From: an uncultured Chloroflexia bacterium
Lineage (GTDB): Bacteria > Chloroflexota > Limnocylindria > Limnocylindrales > CSP1-4
DNA length: 64,000 nt
Assembly: GCA_963697275.1 (NCBI GenBank)
Contig: CAVONF010000006.1
Location: 20,802-84,801, forward strand
Direction: 5' to 3'
This document shows, in pieces, positions 9,433 to 21,841 of the stretch. The notes under the pieces were generated by a model, which was not told where the DNA came from, ran no database searches, and saw only the letters and a list, made by a program, of their open reading frames with translations. Within the stretch, counting starts at the first letter, position 1; every line of letters begins with the position of its first letter. Position numbers and translations under genes: made by a program.

Positions 9433-11062
9433 ATGACCGCACGACGCCGCTTCTACCTGACCACCGCCATCGCCTACGCCAACAATCGGCCCGGCCTGCA
9501 CACCCTCTACGAGGTCGTGGGGGCCGACGTCATCGCCCGCTGGCACCGCATGAGCGGGGATGACACCCGCTTCCTGACCGGCACCGACGAGTACTCGGTC
9601 AACATCGCCACCACGGCAGCCCAGCGCGGCCTCGCGCCGAAGGCCTTCGTGGACGAGATGGTGGCGCTCTTCCGCAGCGCCGAGGATGCCCTGGGCATCA
9701 GCCCCGATCGCTTCATCCGCACCACCGACCCGGACCACACCGAGGCCGTCCACGAGATGATCCGGCGGGCCTACGAGAACGGCGACATCTATCTCGGCGA
9801 ATACCAGGGCTGGTACTGCCCCAACGAGGGCTTCCGCAACACCAGCGACCTCATCGAGGACGAGCGGGGGTTCCACTGCCCCAACCACCCCGACGTGGAC
9901 CTGCAGTGGCTCTCCGAGCGCAACTGGTTCTTCCGGCTCTCGGCCTACCAGGAGCGCCTGGAGCGGTACTACGCCGACCACCCCGACTGGGTGCAGCCGG
10001 AGTACCGCAAGAACGAGATGCTCGGCTTCATCCGCCAGGGCCTCGAGGACTTCTCGGTGAGCCGGGAAGGCGCCACCTGGGGCATCCCCTTCCCGCTCCT
10101 GCCGGACGGCTCCTCCGCCCGCCGCGAGGACGGCAGCTGGGACCCGGCCGCCGGCACGGTCTACGTCTGGTACGACGCGCTCATCAACTACATCACCGGG
10201 GCCGGCTTCCCGGGCGACCCTGCGGCCTTCAGCCACTGGTGGCCGGCCGACCTGCATGTCATCGGCAAGGACATCAACCGCCTCCACACCATCTACTGGC
10301 CGGCGATGCTGATGAGCGGCGGGCTGCCGTTGCCCCGGCAGGTCTGGGTCCACGGCTGGCTGCTGGCCCAGGGCGAGCGCATGAGCAAGAGCCGCGGCAA
10401 CTTCCTCGACCCGGTGGACGTGGTCGCAGCGCTTGGCCCCGACGGCGCGCGCTACACGATGCTGCGCGAGGTCGCCTTCGACCGGGACAGCGACGTCTCC
10501 TGGGACAGCTTCGTGCGCCGCTACAACGCCGATCTGGCCAATGACTACGGCAACCTGCTCAACCGCACGCTGTCGATGACCGGCCGCTACCTGGCCGGGC
10601 AGCGTCCTGGGCCGACCCGGGGGGACCTGGCGGCCAGCTGGTCGACGACCTTCGGGCGCTACGCCGAGAAGCTGGAGGCCTACCTGCTCCACGAGGCGCT
10701 CGAGGTCGCTCTGGGGGTTCGTCGGCGAGGCCAACCGATACGTCGATGCGCAGCAGCCCTGGATGCTGGCCAAGGCCGCCAAGGGCGGTGACGAGTCGGC
10801 CTCCGCTCGCCTCTCCGAGGTGCTCGGCGACCTGCTCGAGGCCTGTCGGGTCATCTCCTTCGCTGCCGCGCCGTTCATGCCCGGAACGGCTGCCCGCGCA
10901 GCTGGGCAGCTCGGCGTCGAGTACACCTATGGCGCCGACGGCAACGGTGGACCGCCGCTGGCCGAGCTGGTCGCCTGGGGCGCGCTCCCGTCCGGCGGGG
11001 CGATCGGCGCGCCGGCCCCGCTGTTCCCGAGACTCGAGGTGGACGAGAAGGAAGAAGGGTAG
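9433..11062 (+). CDS. metG: methionyl-tRNA synthetase, one frame break near 10715
   Basis: From the ATG at 9433: FYLTTAIAYANNRPGLHTLYE (HIGH-region equivalent), then KMSKSRGN. The C-terminus is in ORF 10763..11062. The break sits in a G5 run (ctgggggttc). Repair gives HEALEV..WGFVGEANRYVDAQQPWMLAK. Confidence 0.93.
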
Positions 11063-11070
11063 GGGAGCGC

Positions 11071-11938
11071 CTGCCTGACCTGAACCCCGACGGGCTGCGG
11101 CTCGTCGATTCCCACGCCCACCTGCAGGCCGACGCGTTCGACCGCGATCGTGACGCGGTGCTGCTGGCCGCCTACGACGCCGGCGTGGAGCGTCTGCTGA
11201 TCCCGGCCTGGGACGTGCCCTCCACGCCGAGCGGGCTCGAGTTCGTGCGCTGGCACGGCCTGCGGACGACGACGGGCATCCACCCGCACATCGCGGCCAC
11301 GGTGGATGACGCGATGTGGGAGGCGGTTGCGGCAGCTGGCCACCGAGACGGACGTGATCGGCATCGGCGAGACCGGCCTTGACTACGACCGCGGCTTCTC
11401 GCCCCGCGAGGACCAGCTGGTCAACCTGCGCCGCCACATCGCGCTGGCACGAGAGGTCGGCAAGCCGCTCATCCTGCACTGCCGCTCCAAGCCCGACCAG
11501 CGCGACGCACAGGACGACCTCATCGCCGAGCTGCGAACCGCCGGCGTCGGAGAGCAGGACTGGCGCGATCGTTTCGCCGGCCGACCGCCGGGCGTGCTGC
11601 ACTCCTTCAGCGGACCGGTCGACTACGCCGAGCAGGCCCTCGAGATGGGCTTCCTCATCGCCTTCGGCGGGCTGGTCTTCCGAAGCGGCGAGGAGGCCAG
11701 TGCCGACGTCGCGCGCATCGTGCCGCTCGAGCAGCTGCTCGTCGAGACGGACTCGCCCTATCTCAAGCCCAGGGGAGTCCGCGGCAGCCGCAATCAGCCC
11801 CTCAACGTGGCGGTCACCGCGACGTGGCTGCGCCGGCTTCGCGGCGACGATCCGGAGCTCTTCGGCCAGGCGCTGGTCGAGACCTTCGACCGTTTCGTGG
11901 GCGCCGACCCGACCCGCCTCAGTCCTTCGCCCGAGTAA
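11071..11938 (+). CDS. tatD: TatD-family metal-dependent hydrolase, frame break near 11329, start unresolved
   Basis: LVDSHAHLQADAFDRDRDAVL lies in the frame of ORF 11158..11382. VIGIGETGLDYDRGFSPREDQ...LILHCR...LHSFSG...VETDSPYL lies in ORF 11306..11938. No canonical start codon is visible upstream of the HxH motif in that frame. Confidence 0.8.
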
Positions 11939-12695
11939 GCAGCACGCGCGTCAGCTCTGCCCCCTCGCCGTGACTATCGGGCGCGGCATCGAGGATGCGG
12001 CAGGCCACCGAGCCGTCATCGGTCTGCCAGCAGGTCACGATGAGGGTTGCGCCGGGCTGTGCCGGCCGCAGATAGCCGACCCGATAGCAGTCCGGCATGA
12101 GGGCAGGGCCAGCGGGCATCCGCGCCATGGCATCGCCGACGACGTCGAGGTAGGCGGCGTTGTTCATGTGACCCATGGGGTCCACGTCCGGGGGTCGTAC
12201 CCATGTCGTCAGCCGCGTGGCATCAGGCGGTGTCGCGGGCAGCGTCACGCGGCTGCGCGTGAACGTCCGACCCGGCGAGAAGTAGGCCGCGATCTCCCCT
12301 GGGACGCGAGCCGGCTGCCCATCGACCGTGAGCAGGACCCAGTCGGTGTCCACCACCGCCACCAGCGCACCATCGACCGGCCCATCGGCGGCCTCAGTGC
12401 GCCACATCTCGGCATGGCGCCGTGCCCAGACGTGCCGCCAGCCGGTGACCTCGGTTCGGACGGTGACCGTGTCGCCGTAGGTGACCGGGGCCGTGATGCG
12501 CAGGGCCACGTTGCGCACCAGCCACTGCATCGACCGTTCCGCGTACCACTCTCGCCCGAAGCCGGCCACCTCGCTGTGCCGCCAGGCCATGTCCTGGGCG
12601 TAGCGCAGGAATCCCGAGGGGCGCAGCAGGCCAGCTGCGTCGGCCTCGTCGAACCGGACACGGTACTCGGCCTCGAGGATCCGGGAGACGGTCAC
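11919..12695 (-). CDS. acyl-ACP / acyl-CoA thioesterase (tandem hotdog fold)
   Basis: Intact 258-aa ORF. Two hotdog-like halves: YRVRFDEADAAGLLRPSGFLRYAQDMAWRH and VRPPDVDPMGHMNNAAYLDVV. Confidence 0.65.
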   Translation of the reverse strand: MTVSRILEAEYRVRFDEADAAGLLRPSGFLRYAQDMAWRHSEVAGFGREWYAERSMQWLVRNVALRITAPVTYGDTVTVRTEVTGWRHVWARRHAEMWRTEAADGPVDGALVAVVDTDWVLLTVDGQPARVPGEIAAYFSPGRTFTRSRVTLPATPPDATRLTTWVRPPDVDPMGHMNNAAYLDVVGDAMARMPAGPALMPDCYRVGYLRPAQPGATLIVTCWQTDDGSVACRILDAAPDSHGEGAELTRVLLTRAKD

Positions 12696-12773
12696 GTCGC
12701 CCAGTGTATGGCCAGTCGCCTGGCGGCCGGATGGTCAGGCAGTCGATAGCCACGGCACACGACGTCGCGTAGC

Positions 12774-15700
12774 ATGCGCGGCATGAGGTGCCGGAGTTGC
12801 GGCCGCGCCCTGGATGCGGAGACCCGCTTCTGCCCCGGCTGTGGCACGGCCGTGGACATGCGCTGCGCCGGCTGTGGTGCTGCGCTCGAGGCGGATGCCC
12901 GCTTCTGCAAGCGCTGCGGCCATGCCGTCGAGACTGCTGACGCGACCGGGACCGCTCCGGTCACCGGGACCGCCCCGGCCACCGGGAGCGCTCCGACCAC
13001 CCTGACCGCTCCGACCACCCTGACCGCGCCGACCACCCTGACCGCGCCGGCTTCGGCGCTCCGCGAGCGCAAGGTCGCCACGCTGCTCTTCGCGGACATC
13101 GTGGGCTTCACCAGCCTGAACGAGGCACACGATCCGGAGATCGTGTCCTCGCTCGTGGCCCCGACCTTCGAGCGGCTCTCCCGCGAGGTCGTGCGCTACG
13201 AGGGCACCATCGAGAAGTTCGCGGGCGACGCCCTGCTGGCCGTCTTCGGCGTACCCGCCATCCACGAGGATGACCCCGAGCGGGCGGTGCGGGCGGCGCT
13301 CGAGATGCAGGCCGCCATGTCGGAGATCGCCACATCCTCGGCTGGCCGACCCGACCTGCGCCTGCGCATCGGTATCGAGACCGGCGAGGTGCTCGTGGAC
13401 CTGGCCCGAGCCCGCGACGAGCGTGACCTCTTCGTCACCGGCGATGCCGTCAATACCGCGGCGCGCCTGCAGGCCGCCGCCGAACCCGGCACCGTCGTGG
13501 TCGGGGCATCGACCTACGCGGCCTCGCGCGACATCGTCGAGTATCGCGAGCTGACGGCGCTTCAGCTTCGTGGCAAGGCGGCGCCGGTCGCCGCCTGGCA
13601 GGCCATCTCGGTCAAGGCCCGCCGGGGAGGCCGCCGGACCCCGCTGGGAATCGAATCGCCGCTTGTGGGCCGCGATAACGAGCTGACCCTGCTCAAGGAC
13701 ACGGTCCGACGCGCCGTCGAGGACGGGCGGCCGCACCTGGTCACCATCATCGGATCTGCCGGTGTGGGCAAGAGCCGGCTTGCCTGGGAGCTGGAGAAGT
13801 ACGTCGACGGACTACCCGAGACCTACCACTGGTGCAAGGGCCGCTGCCTTGCCTACTCAGGCCAGTCGTTCGGGCCGATCGCCGATGTCGTCAAGGCCGA
13901 TGCGCGCATCCATGATGACGAGACCCCCGAGCTGGCCCGGGAGAACCTGGCCAGCCGCCTCTCCGAGCTGCCCATCCCCGTCGCCGACCGACCGGCCATC
14001 CAGGATGCCCTCGAGGCCGTCCTGGCCATCGGTGAGCGACGCGAGCGACCGCGAGATGAGCTCTTCGAGGCCTGGCGCCGCTACCTCGGCGCCATCGCAG
14101 CGGTCGGCCCGCTCGTGCTGATCGTGGAGGACATCCACTGGGCGGATGATGGGATGCTCGCTTTCGTCGACTTCCTGGCCCGCTGGGCCGAAGGTCCCAT
14201 GGTCGTGATGTGCCTGGCCCGGCACGAGCTGCTGGAGGCTCGGCCGAGCTGGGGCGGTGGCCTGCCCAACGCGTTGACCGTCTTCCTGGAACCATTGCCT
14301 GCATCCGCCACCGCCCGGCTGATGGACGGACTCCTGACGGGAGGCGTCCCGGATTCGCTCCGTGACCGCATCGTGGCCCTCTCGGACGGCAATCCGCTCT
14401 TCGCCGAGGAGATGGTGCGCATGCTCGTCGACCACGGTGTGCTGCGCTTCGCCAACGGGCGCTGGGAGGTCGCGCGGGACATCGAGAGCCTCGAGATCCC
14501 GGGCTCCGTGCAGGCAGTGCTCGCAGCACGCCTGGACACCCTGCCGAGCGAGGAGAAACGCGTCGCCCAGGACGCTGCGGTCGTGGGTCGCATCTTCTGG
14601 GACATCGTCGTGGCTCACCTGGCCCGGACCGAGCGAAGCTCGACACAGGAGCTCATCCGCCGGCTTCGGGTCAAGGACCTCGTGGTCCAGCGCAAGCCAT
14701 CGTCGCTCGCGGACGCCAGCGAGTACGGCTTCCGCCACGTGCTGATCCGGGACGTCGCGTACGACTCACTGCCCAAGCGGGACCGGTCCCGCTTGCACCG
14801 GGACATCGCCCTGTGGGCGGAGGCGGAGCTGACCGATCGCATCGAGGAGTTCAGCGAGCTCATCGCCAGCCACCTGGCGGCCGCGCTGGCGTACGAGGAG
14901 GAGTTCTCGGTCGACACGGACGGGAACCTGCGCGAGGTGCCGTCAGCTGGCCAAGGACGCGGCCCTGCGTGCCGCCAGGCGTGCGTCGGCCATGAGCCAG
15001 CTCGCCGCGGCAGGTCGCTGGCTGAAGCTCGCCGTGGACCTGGCCCGGAAGCTCGAGCTGCCGCCCCGGGAGATCGCCGAGCTGGCCGTCGAGTACGCGC
15101 TGGTGGCCTGGGAGAACGTCGAGCCGGCGGAGCGGGATGCCGTGCTCGCGGATGCCATCGACAGGATGCTCGCGCTGGACGACCGGTCGGCCGCCGATGA
15201 GCAGCTCATCGCGCGCTTGCGTGACGGTCGCGCCCAGGCGCTGTTCGAATCCGGGGACCTCGAGGGGGCACGGGGACTCGCCCGCACCGGGCATCGCGGC
15301 CCTCGAACCCGGTCCTCCGACACCTGGCCGAGCGCTGCTGCTCACGCGGCTGGGCTGGACCTACTGGCGAGGGGGCCCGGTGGAAGACTCGGTGGCCATC
15401 CTGGAGCGCGCCATCGAGGAGGCTCGCGCCAGCGCCGATGCAGCGACGCTGCGCTGGGCCATGCACGACCTCGGTGTCGCCCTCTCGTTCCTCGGGAGGC
15501 GGGACGAGGCCGTGGCGCTGCTCGAGGATTCGTTCCAGCGGGCACGCGAGGCCGACGACCGCAACCTGCTGATGCGCTGCTACATCAACCTGCCGGCTGT
15601 GAGAGTGGGGCGTGGCGACCCGCCGGAGCCTCTTATCGCCATGATCGTCGAGGGTCTGGGGCTGGCGCGGCGCTCTGCGGCGAGTCAGACCATCGCGTGG

Positions 15701-16405
15701 CTCGCCTCCAACCTGACGGAGTTCATGGTCGACACCGGCAGACTGGATGAGGCCCTCGCCTACATGGACGAAGCCGTCACGGCCGCGCGTGCCGTCGGGC
15801 ACGCTCACCTCCCCAGCTCACTCTGGCATCGGTCCGTCCTGCACCGCATGCGCGGTGAGCCGGAGGCCGCGGCTCGTGACCTGGCCGAGGCCGAGCGCCT
15901 GGGCGAGATCTCCGAGCCGCAGCTCGCCGGGGTGCGGCCGCTCAGCCAGGCGTGGGCACGCTGGCCGGACGATCCTCGCGGCGCGCTGGACACGCTGGCG
16001 ACCTGGCTGTGGGAGCACGCGACCGGGCTCGGGCCGCGACCGGCTGTCGCCCATGAGGTCGCCCGGATGGCCTTGCGGCTGGGAGAGCGGGTGACCCTGT
16101 CCCGCGCCGTGGAGCTGCACCGCGCGAGCCGCGTGAACACCGAGGCTGCCCTCTTCCTGGCCAAGGACCAGTGGGTGGATGGGCTGGCGGCCGGTGACCA
16201 GCACGCGGTCGAGCACGCGGCTGCCATGCTCGAGGAGATCGACTACCGCACACCCGCAGCCGAGGCATGGGCGGATGCAGCGTTCCTGGCGGCGAGCGCG
16301 CGGACTCCATCGGATGCCGAGCGCCGGGCCGCCGGGCTGTGCGCGGAGATCGGCCTGCACCCACTCCTGGGACCCTGTGCCGGAGACGCCCTTGCACCAC
16401 GGTGA
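12774..16405 (+). CDS. double zinc-ribbon / class III adenylate-guanylate cyclase / AAA(STAND) ATPase / TPR-like multidomain protein; frame breaks near 14940 and 15292
   Basis: - N-terminus: CRSCGRALDAETRFCPGCG and CAGCGAALEADARFCKRCG.
- A 3x PTTLTA linker (18-nt repeat, 12993-13046).
- Cyclase core: RKVATLLFADIVGFTS...KFAGDALLAVFG...GDAVNTAARL.
- P-loop: IIGSAGVGKSRLAWE.
- The helical-repeat C-terminus continues in ORFs 14992..15750 and 15137..16405. Confidence 0.85.
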
Positions 16406-16450
16406 GGCTCCAGCGGAGGGCGGAGCAGCGCGCAAGGCTGCGACGAGTGC

Positions 16451-16481
16451 TTGACAACGGCGCGCCCACATCCCGTACAGT
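16451..16481 (+). promoter_or_regulatory. candidate sigma-70-type promoter of groES-groEL
   Basis: TTGACA (16451-16456), 19-nt spacer, TACAGT (16476-16481), immediately upstream of the CIRCE operator. Confidence 0.5.
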
Positions 16482-16482
16482 T

Positions 16483-16510
16483 CTGGCACTCTCGACACTG
16501 AGAGTGCTAA
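16483..16510 (+). promoter_or_regulatory. CIRCE-like HrcA operator
   Basis: The site reads CTGGCACTC-(10 nt)-GAGTGCTAA, against the known consensus TTAGCACTC-N9-GAGTGCTAA. It lies 87 nt upstream of the groES start. Confidence 0.8.
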
Positions 16511-16596
16511 CCAAGCCGCGAAGCGGGTCGGCCCCCCAACCACCCCCGGGAGCTGGCTCCCCGCCGCGAGATGCACAACCTTAGGAGGGAACCGCG

Positions 16597-16905
16597 TTGG
16601 CGACTGCCACTGCGACCAAGCTTCGCCCCCTCGGCGATCGCGTCGTCGTCAAGCCCACTGCCCGTGAAGAGATGACCAAGAGCGGCATCGTCCTGCCCGA
16701 CACGGCCAAGGAGAAGCCGCAGGAAGGCCAGATCATCGCCGCCGGCCCCGGCCGCCTCAACGATGAGGGCGAGCGCGAGCCCATGGACGTCAAGGTCGGG
16801 GACAAGGTCCTCTACGCCAAGTACGCCGGTACCGAGTTCAAGATCGATGACGAGGAGTACCTCATCGTCAGCCAGAAGGACATCCTGGCCGTCGTCGAGG
16901 GCTAG
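16597..16905 (+). CDS. groES: co-chaperonin GroES
   Basis: TTG start 7 nt after AGGAGGG. The sequence reads [44 protein letters not shown]. Confidence 0.96.
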   Translation: MATATATKLRPLGDRVVVKPTAREEMTKSGIVLPDTAKEKPQEGQIIAAGPGRLNDEGEREPMDVKVGDKVLYAKYAGTEFKIDDEEYLIVSQKDILAVVEG

Positions 16906-18600
<1,695 letters not shown>

Positions 18601-18639
18601 TCGACACCGACCTTCGCGGTCGGTCATCTGATAGCGGAA

Positions 18640-18665
18640 AGCCCGGGCCGGGACTGGCCCGGGCT
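18640..18665 (+). terminator. candidate terminator hairpin after groEL
   Basis: AGCCCGGGCC-gggact-GGCCCGGGCT is a perfect 10-bp GC stem 40 nt after the stop. No clear T-tract follows. Confidence 0.5.
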
Positions 18666-18713
18666 CTCCGATTCCGCGGCAGGTTCGGCGGGTCCGTTCT
18701 AGACTCCGCGGCG

Positions 18714-20129
18714 ATGAGCGTCGTCATCGTCCCCCCGCACGCAGGCGTCCGTCGCCTGGCCGTCTCGACGGTCGTGGCTGGCCTGCTTGCTCTGACCTCG
18801 GTCGTCGTGACCAGCGCGCAGGACCTGCCGCCCTGCGGCGACCGCGCGACCGCTTCGGAGTGCCGGCTGCCGGCCTGGCCGGAGGATGCGCAGCGTGATG
18901 CGCCGAGCCTCTTCGGGGAGGTCACCGGCACGGTCTGGCTGGAGGATGCCGCTGGCGACGCGCCGGACGCCGGGCTGGACATCCTGGCCGTGGGGATCGG
19001 CAGCGTGAACATCGCGGACCCCAGGGCCGTGCGTGATGCCGAGGGGCTGCTCAAGACCGGCAAGGCCAAGCAGGCTGTCCGGCCCGGCGACAACGTGCTC
19101 GTACGGATCGTGCTCGATTCGCCCCTCGACCAGATCGAGGCCGGCCACAGCGGCGTCCACGTGGCCACGGACATCGACGATTCACGCAGCAACAACGCAC
19201 CTGCCGGCGTCCGCAACCGCGAGCAGCCCTTCGCCGGCAGTGAGGACATCTACTCGGTGACCTACGCGACCACCACCGGCAAGACCAGCCTCCAGGACAG
19301 CGACCTCTCGCGCGGCTGGTACAAGGGCAAGGACGCCTTCGCCGCCGCCTGGGCCTCGCCCACCGTCCTCGATGTGCTGGTGCGCCCGGAGGGCTTCGGG
19401 TCCGGGTTCCGCGTCATCACCTTCACGAGTGGCGCGGATGGCGGCTACGACAGCCTCACCCTTGGGCCCGGCGCCATCCCCGCGAACGGCCTGGTACCGT
19501 TGCGGCCGGTCTGTCTGGAGGCCTCCGTCGCCATGGAACCGCTCGTGGTGCGCCGGCTGGTCGAGAACGGGCAGACACTGCGCGACGTCGAGGCGCTGGC
19601 TTCCTGGCGCGGGGGCGCCTCGTTCGCGGTCGATGACGCGCCGCGCCAGGCGCTGGAGTCGCTCATCTCGGACCTGGACGAGGATGGCGACGGTCGCATC
19701 AGCCTGGCATCGACGGTGAACCTCTTCGAGGACGGTGTCGTCATCGGGCACCGGCCGGAGCTGGAGCTTGCGCTGGTCGATGGCCAGGCCCAGCTGGCGC
19801 TCGAGCTCGGCCTGACCAGACGTGGCTACAACGTGCTGCGGGCGATCGACCTCGAGCCCACCGGGAACGACGTCGCGGATGCCTGGTTGGCTCGCGCCTC
19901 CGATGCCCTGACCGAGGCCATGCCGCCCTTCCGTTCCGCCCGTCGCGCCGGCCCGCTCATCGGTGATGGCATCGGGGCCTGTGCCACAGCGCTCATCGCG
20001 CCACCCCCGTCCGAGGCTGAGGAGACCGCCGCACCCGACGCCACCGCGGCCACACCCGCACCCGACGCCACACCCGCACCCGACGCCACACCCGCACCCG
20101 ACGCCACACCCGCACCCGAGGACGCCTGA
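18714..20129 (+). CDS. secreted hypothetical protein with C-terminal (PDATPA)n tail
   Basis: Signal-like N-terminus RRLAVSTVVAGLLALTSVVVTSAQD. An internal DEDGDGRISL (EF-hand-like) segment. An 18-nt tandem repeat ACACCCGCACCCGACGCC, about 3.7 copies, at 20052-20119. Confidence 0.6.
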   Translation: MSVVIVPPHAGVRRLAVSTVVAGLLALTSVVVTSAQDLPPCGDRATASECRLPAWPEDAQRDAPSLFGEVTGTVWLEDAAGDAPDAGLDILAVGIGSVNIADPRAVRDAEGLLKTGKAKQAVRPGDNVLVRIVLDSPLDQIEAGHSGVHVATDIDDSRSNNAPAGVRNREQPFAGSEDIYSVTYATTTGKTSLQDSDLSRGWYKGKDAFAAAWASPTVLDVLVRPEGFGSGFRVITFTSGADGGYDSLTLGPGAIPANGLVPLRPVCLEASVAMEPLVVRRLVENGQTLRDVEALASWRGGASFAVDDAPRQALESLISDLDEDGDGRISLASTVNLFEDGVVIGHRPELELALVDGQAQLALELGLTRRGYNVLRAIDLEPTGNDVADAWLARASDALTEAMPPFRSARRAGPLIGDGIGACATALIAPPPSEAEETAAPDATAATPAPDATPAPDATPAPDATPAPEDA

Positions 20130-20543
20130 GCGGCGGCACCGCGTGGCGCCGGAGCGGCAGTAGCCGCATCCTCGAACACTCCGAGTACCGGCTTGCCGCC
20201 ACGCGGTCGATCTTGACCAGGCTGCAGGCTCTCGGCGGCCCGTAGCGGGTCGTGGTCGGCTGATTCGTCGCCGGACTTGCTGATTCGTCCCGCCTCCCAG
20301 GCTGGACCCGGCGACGCTTGCCGCCTGCCGGGAAGGATCGGCATGCTGGCGGGACGGAGCGGCTGTAGCGGCTGCCGACTCGTCAAGATCGACCGCCTGG
20401 CGGCAATCGGCCGGGCTTGCGTCCGCGCCGCATCGCTGCGTCGCGGCACACCGCGCTGCGCCCGCGGCACACCGCGCTGCGCCGCACACGGCGCCGGACG
20501 CCTGAGCGACCCAGGCGCCGCGACTGCGTCATAGACTTGCGCC

Positions 20544-21170
20544 ATGGCAGGCGGCTGGATCCACATCATCACGGGCTGCATGTTCAGCGGCAAGACCGAC
20601 GAGATGCTGCGGCTCATCCGCCGCGCTGAGATCGCCGGTCGCCGTGTGCTGCTGGTGCGCCCCTCCGTGGACGACCGCACCGAGGCCGGCTCGGTCGAAT
20701 CCCGCTCCGGCGTGGCCTACAAGGCGCAGACCGTGCGTGACAGCAGCGAGATCCCGCCCCTGGTGACGGCGGCGCGCGCCTCGGTGGTGGCCATCGACGA
20801 GGCCCAGTTCTTCGACGACGGCCTGCCCGGGATCGCCGAGCTGCTGGCGGCCGAAGGACGCTCCGTGCTCATCTCCGGGCTGGACCAGGATTTCCTGGGG
20901 CGGCCCTTCAACCCCATGCCCACCCTCCTGGCGCTGGCTGACCAGGTCACCAAGCTCACCGCCATCTGCACCGTGTGCGGTGCAGATGCCACGCGCACGC
21001 AGCGCATGGTCGGCGGCCGGCCGGCCGCGGCCGATGATCCGCTCATCGTGGTCGGTGGCATGAACGACGATCGCTACGAGGCGCGCTGTCGGGCTCATCA
21101 CGTCGTGAGCCCGGCACGCGGCACCGTGGGTGCCCCCATCTGGGAGTCGCTGCCGGCCGCCCACGAGTAG
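20544..21170 (+). CDS. tdk: thymidine kinase
   Basis: P-loop ITGCMFSGKTDEML, then AIDEAQFF, and the zinc ribbon CTVCG...RYEARCRAHH. Confidence 0.93.
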   Translation: MAGGWIHIITGCMFSGKTDEMLRLIRRAEIAGRRVLLVRPSVDDRTEAGSVESRSGVAYKAQTVRDSSEIPPLVTAARASVVAIDEAQFFDDGLPGIAELLAAEGRSVLISGLDQDFLGRPFNPMPTLLALADQVTKLTAICTVCGADATRTQRMVGGRPAAADDPLIVVGGMNDDRYEARCRAHHVVSPARGTVGAPIWESLPAAHE

Positions 21171-21312
21171 CCCGTCGGGGCGACCACCGGCATGACCTCC
21201 TGCGAGTAGCCGGCCGCCACCATCGCTGCCAGCGTGGCCACGAGCGCGGCAGCCCTGACCGAGTGACGTCCGTTGCCGCAGGCCCGAAGACGCGCCTGGA
21301 GGTGACCACATC

Positions 21313-21774
21313 ATGGCAGGACGATCTCACGCGACGATCGTGCTGGCGGTCGGCTCGGTCCTGGTCGGGTTCTACAGCCAGTTCGCTGCCGTGGCCCTCC
21401 TCGTCACCGGCTCAGCGTTCGCGCCGGAAGGGTCCGTCGAGGCACGGGTGGCCCTGCTGCTGGGGTCGATCTTCCTTGTCATCACGATCGCAGCCTGTGC
21501 CGTCGCCTTCGGATTCTGGGCTGGTCATGGCTGGTCGTGGGCCGGCGGCCTCCTCGTCTTCGGTGCGCTCATCGTGGCCAGCGTGATGCTGTCGCTACTG
21601 TCCACCAATATCCTGTCCGCAGTAGGACCGACGCTCGGAGCCTCCGCCGCCCTGTGGTACCTCACTCGGCCGGGCGCCAGGGCTCAGTTGTCCGTCCCGG
21701 CCGCCGTCGGTCGTGCACGAGCGAAGGCCCCGACCAGCCCGGGACCGATGGGATCGTCGCGAATCACCGGCTAG
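21313..21774 (+). CDS. small integral membrane protein, hypothetical
   Basis: 153 aa with about four hydrophobic segments (for example IVLAVGSVLVGFYSQFAAVALLV and ALLLGSIFLVITIAACAVAFGFW). Confidence 0.55.
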   Translation: MAGRSHATIVLAVGSVLVGFYSQFAAVALLVTGSAFAPEGSVEARVALLLGSIFLVITIAACAVAFGFWAGHGWSWAGGLLVFGALIVASVMLSLLSTNILSAVGPTLGASAALWYLTRPGARAQLSVPAAVGRARAKAPTSPGPMGSSRITG

Positions 21775-21841
21775 CGGTGCGGCCCTGCTGACCGTCGTGG
21801 TCGGCGTGGCCATGGAAGCGGCATGGCCATAGAATTGGTCT

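Noticed and set aside
12692-13111. Minus-strand ORF with GAVRVVGAVRVVGAVRVVG repeats.
   Set aside because: It is the antisense translation of the PTTLTA x3 linker (an 18-nt repeat) in the plus-strand cyclase gene.
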